Below are positions 16,020 through 18,969 of a stretch of 18,969 bases of DNA, piece after piece. Within the stretch, counting starts at the first letter, position 1. Every line of letters starts with the position of its first letter. Below the pieces are notes generated by a model. The model was not told the origin of the DNA, ran no database searches, and was given only the letters and a program-made list of their open reading frames with translations. The translations under genes and the position numbers were made by a program. This stretch comes from Bdellovibrionia bacterium (lineage in GTDB: Bacteria > Bdellovibrionota > UBA1018), in the NCBI GenBank assembly GCA_045805065.1, contig JBJMMA010000003.1:1-18969 (forward strand). Reading direction: 5' to 3'.

Positions 16020-16844
16020 ATGCAGCGCCATACATCACTTTTGTTCTTCATCTTGGGACTTTGCATCATCAACACTTCCTGCGCACCGGACACATCAAGT
16101 CAAATCTTGACCCAATCCACCCAGTGGATTGAACCCGTTGCAACGCCAGAGAGTCTGCAGTTACCTACATCAGAAGGCGAAATGGCCGAAGGCAAGATCT
16201 GGAAACCTCGGACCAATCCCTACAAAGCAGGGATCGTTTTCGTCTCCGGTGTGGATGGAGGCTTTGTTGAACCGGTAAATGGCATTTATGAAAGAATCGC
16301 GACCGAACTCTCTCACACGGGAGTCACTTCCATCTTTGTCCAATATCGAAAGCCTGGCGAACTCGAACCTTCCATTCAAGACGCACTGGCAGCAATCGAT
16401 CATCTGAAGAGTTTGGGTGTGCAGCGAGTAGCGCTTGTAGGATGGTCCTTCGGAGGCGCCGTCATCACTCATTCCGCCACTCGCGCTCCCGAGGTGGCCA
16501 CAGTCGTTGGATTCGCCCCCCAGTCCCGCGACACAGAAGCGGTTCAGCAATTCACTAAACAATCCATTCTCCTCGTTCATTCTGACGAGGACGAAAATGT
16601 ACCCTTTGAGGCGTCTCAACAGATATTGGACGAAGCTCCAACAGGCATTGAAAAGCAATTGGTGGATCTCAAGGGGTTTAACCACATCCTGGACGGTGCA
16701 CAAGGCCAGGTCGATCCTATCGTGCTCGATTGGCTTAACAAGAAACTAGGGATTCCCGTTCAGGCTTCCCGCACACTGAATGTGCTCAATGCGACAGTTA
16801 TTCCGCACAAAGACCGCTTGGGATTAATCTTGCGTAAGCACTAG
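16020..16844 (+). CDS. Exported (probable lipoprotein) alpha/beta hydrolase
   Basis: Nucleophile elbow GWSFGG, LLVHSDEDENVP (Asp) and GFNH (His). Hydrophobic N-terminus ending NTSC. Confidence 0.88.
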   Translation: MQRHTSLLFFILGLCIINTSCAPDTSSQILTQSTQWIEPVATPESLQLPTSEGEMAEGKIWKPRTNPYKAGIVFVSGVDGGFVEPVNGIYERIATELSHTGVTSIFVQYRKPGELEPSIQDALAAIDHLKSLGVQRVALVGWSFGGAVITHSATRAPEVATVVGFAPQSRDTEAVQQFTKQSILLVHSDEDENVPFEASQQILDEAPTGIEKQLVDLKGFNHILDGAQGQVDPIVLDWLNKKLGIPVQASRTLNVLNATVIPHKDRLGLILRKH

Positions 16845-16912
16845 TCGAAGCTGGAATATCGTTAAAGTACATCTTAATCTCAAGCTGCCGTCCCCTCAGG
16901 TTATAGAATATG

Positions 16913-16932
16913 CCCATGCTCACCCATGCTCA
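16913..16932. repeat. 10-bp tandem direct repeat CCCATGCTCA x2
   Basis: Copies at 16913-16922 and 16923-16932, intergenic and upstream of the receiver gene. Confidence 0.75.
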
Positions 16933-17011
16933 ATTATGTTCGCTGGAGCGATTCAGCTGATTTAAACATTGAAAACAAATCGTGAACGTGTGAACAAAAT
17001 ATGAGCGCCAC

Positions 17012-17401
17012 ATGAAGAACGTTAAAGGTACGGTTTTAATCGTAGAAGATGAGCCCGAGATTCGAACTGTACTTGGACAACTCCTCGAACAGTTTGGCTA
17101 TCGCGTCATCGGTGCGACCAACGGCAAAGCAGCACTGGAGATATTGGAAAGCACGGCTTCGCCAACGGCCATTCTTCTCGACATGATGATGCCCATCATG
17201 AACGGTGATACCTTTCTAGAAGTGCTCAATTCTCATTCGGATCTATCGGAGATTCCGGTCATTCAAATGTCCGCCGCACTTTTAGAAAAGCATAAGAGCG
17301 CATGTTGCGCGATCGACAAGCCCTTTGGGATCGAAAAGCTCATTTATCTGCTTGAATCTTGCCCCAAAATCGCGGCCAGGGTCGAGTTGACCCGCCATTA
17401 A
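17012..17401 (+). CDS. Single-domain response regulator (CheY-like receiver)
   Basis: VLIVEDE, ILLDMMMPIMNG, MSA and KPF. Confidence 0.9.
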   Translation: MKNVKGTVLIVEDEPEIRTVLGQLLEQFGYRVIGATNGKAALEILESTASPTAILLDMMMPIMNGDTFLEVLNSHSDLSEIPVIQMSAALLEKHKSACCAIDKPFGIEKLIYLLESCPKIAARVELTRH

Positions 17402-17417
17402 GGCAATTCTCAAAACA

Positions 17418-17894
17418 TCACTGCTTTTCAGTCTCGGTGGTAGTCGTAGTTTGCACCTGATCGGTTCCAGCCTGCTGATCCTGCTGCTCTTGCTGAGCTT
17501 GGCCGGCCTGTTCCTTGGGCTGTGGCGTCTTAAGCTTCTGCTGCTCAGCACTCTGCTGCTTCTGCTGGGCCTGGGTCTGCTGTTGCGCTGTCTGTTGCTT
17601 CGTGGTCTGCTCCTCGAGAGCGCCGGCCTGCTCCTTGCCCTGCGACTCCTTCACAGCAGCCTTTTGCTCGCCACGCTCCTGAAGTGTGTCAGCCTGCTTC
17701 CGCAGAGCGTCCGCCTGACTCTTGGATTGCTCACGAATTGTACCAGCCTGCTCCTTCGACTGCTGTTTCAGAGCTTCAGCCTGCTCACTGCCTGAACTCT
17801 TCATCTTGTTTGCTTGCTGCTTTGCCTGATCACAGGCCACTCCAGTGACCAGGACCGCCATCGTCGCCAAAAAAATCTGAATATTTGTTTTCAT
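17418..17894 (-). CDS. Gln/Ala/Lys/Glu-rich lipoprotein with 11-residue repeats (LEA/apolipoprotein-like)
   Basis: MKTNIQIFLATMAVLVTGVA-C lipoprotein signal, then KEQA..L.EQ repeats. Confidence 0.8.
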   Translation of the reverse strand: MKTNIQIFLATMAVLVTGVACDQAKQQANKMKSSGSEQAEALKQQSKEQAGTIREQSKSQADALRKQADTLQERGEQKAAVKESQGKEQAGALEEQTTKQQTAQQQTQAQQKQQSAEQQKLKTPQPKEQAGQAQQEQQDQQAGTDQVQTTTTTETEKQ

Positions 17895-17907
17895 ACCTGA
17901 ATCGCCT

Positions 17908-17923
17908 CGCAACATGCGCGCCA
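17908..17923 (-). promoter_or_regulatory. Sigma54-type promoter for the Gln-rich lipoprotein
   Basis: Minus strand reads TGGCGCGCATGTTGCG. Confidence 0.6.
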
Positions 17924-17991
17924 GGATGTGTCAGCCGACCTTCCCATAGGTTCGGCAAGCATCTCAAGATACCTGTCCGAGCAGGTTTTTC

Positions 17992-18444
17992 CTAAACGCC
18001 CGAAGAGTTGCCCGAGGCCTCGAGAGAATCACTCTGCGAAGTAAAAGATGTCCCAGGCTTTCCGTCAGCTAGGCCACCGATGCAGGATTCAATTGCCTCG
18101 ACCAAGGTTTCAATCACGAGTGGCTTTGACAAGATCGTAAAAGCGAATTCAGAAACATCACTCAAGTCTTTTGCAAGCCCGGGCGATGCGGTCAGCATGA
18201 TGACCGGAACAGAGGCAAGCTTCTGATTTTTCACCTGTGCTTTGCGAAACTCGATGCCGTCCATATCGGGCATCATCAGATCCAGTAAAATGAGATCAGG
18301 CAGAACCTGTGAAGCCTTGAGCCAATCAATTCCTTCGCGACCGTTGGTGACTACTGATACTGAGTATCCCTCGTTCTCCAGGACCAGAGAAAGGGCTTCG
18401 CGAATGGCTTTGTCATCTTCGATGAGTAAAATTGTTTTTCCCAT
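17992..18444 (-). CDS. Single-domain response regulator with short C-terminal tail
   Basis: ILLIEDD, PDLILLDLMMPDMDG, MLTA and SKPL. Confidence 0.92.
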   Translation of the reverse strand: MGKTILLIEDDKAIREALSLVLENEGYSVSVVTNGREGIDWLKASQVLPDLILLDLMMPDMDGIEFRKAQVKNQKLASVPVIMLTASPGLAKDLSDVSEFAFTILSKPLVIETLVEAIESCIGGLADGKPGTSFTSQSDSLEASGNSSGV

Positions 18445-18547
18445 GCTGCACTCGTATGAAAAAACTTGGTTGCATTACCGCTTCAGAAAAGTCAACCGAT
18501 TAGACCAAGCAGACCTCCGCGCGGCAGTGCGTCAGGCCTAAGGCCCG

Positions 18548-18969
18548 CTACTGAATCGGTAGCGTCAACGTAAATACCGACCCCTTACTGAGCTCACTTT
18601 GAACCGTGACACTCCCGCCATGCGCGGTCGCGATCTCACGGCAAATATACAATCCAACCCCCATTCCGCTTGCGCCGCCATCTGCGCCTCGCTCGAATCG
18701 TTCGAAAATCCGAGACTGGCTTTCCAGAGCGATACCAGGACCGTGGTCTCGGACGGAGACTTTCGCACTGCTTCCTTCGCGTGACACCGTCACTTCGATC
18801 GGTAAACCGGGGCAATATCGGATCGCATTGGAGAGGAGATTGGTCACAATCTGCTCAACCCTGAAGCGATCCCAGTTTCCCTTTACTTCGTGCGAGGCTA
18901 ACACTTCGATACGACATCCAACAGCAGTGCCCTGAGGTTGCATCCTCTCAACCGTTTCCGCAATCAGAC
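18548..18969 (-). CDS. Sensor histidine kinase, HATPase_c C-terminus (partial)
   Basis: N box QIVTNLLSNAIRY, G1 DHGPGI, F box IFERFER and G2 GMGVGLYI. The frame stays open to the right edge. Confidence 0.93.
   Translation of the reverse strand, partial: LIAETVERMQPQGTAVGCRIEVLASHEVKGNWDRFRVEQIVTNLLSNAIRYCPGLPIEVTVSREGSSAKVSVRDHGPGIALESQSRIFERFERGADGGASGMGVGLYICREIATAHGGSVTVQSELSKGSVFTLTLPIQ

Noticed and set aside
17451..17795. Leu-rich plus-strand ORF
   Set aside because: Antisense artefact of CAG (Gln) repeats.

Overview
A gene-dense bacterial window of roughly 50-55% GC (estimated by eye) with no rRNA, tRNA, CRISPR array or mobile element recognisable. Left to right it carries: a partial HAD phosphatase missing from the ORF track, an arylsulfatase, a YihY/BrkB membrane protein, a DUF4136 lipoprotein, a tandem USP and a small EDEYF protein. 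Next come a membrane fatty-acid desaturase, a heparinase II/III-family lyase, a PhnB/VOC plus DHFR-like pair, and a secreted beta-helix protein coupled to a small lipoprotein. Then follow an unknown secreted protein, a two-domain cupredoxin lipoprotein, an mlaE-F-D operon, a redoxin and an alpha/beta hydrolase. The right end has two stand-alone receiver proteins, a Gln-rich 11-mer-repeat lipoprotein and the 3' end of a histidine kinase. Three things stand out. (1) One ASH/choice-of-anchor-D Ig-like domain appears split between two translationally coupled genes, with the N-half on the secreted beta-helix protein and the C-half on a lipoprotein. This suggests surface tethering by fold complementation. 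(2) Sigma54-type -24/-12 motifs sit in the correct orientation upstream of many transcription units, and two of them predict near-leaderless mRNAs. (3) One domain of the tandem cupredoxin has Glu in place of the axial Met. All family calls come from motif recognition by eye, not from database searches.
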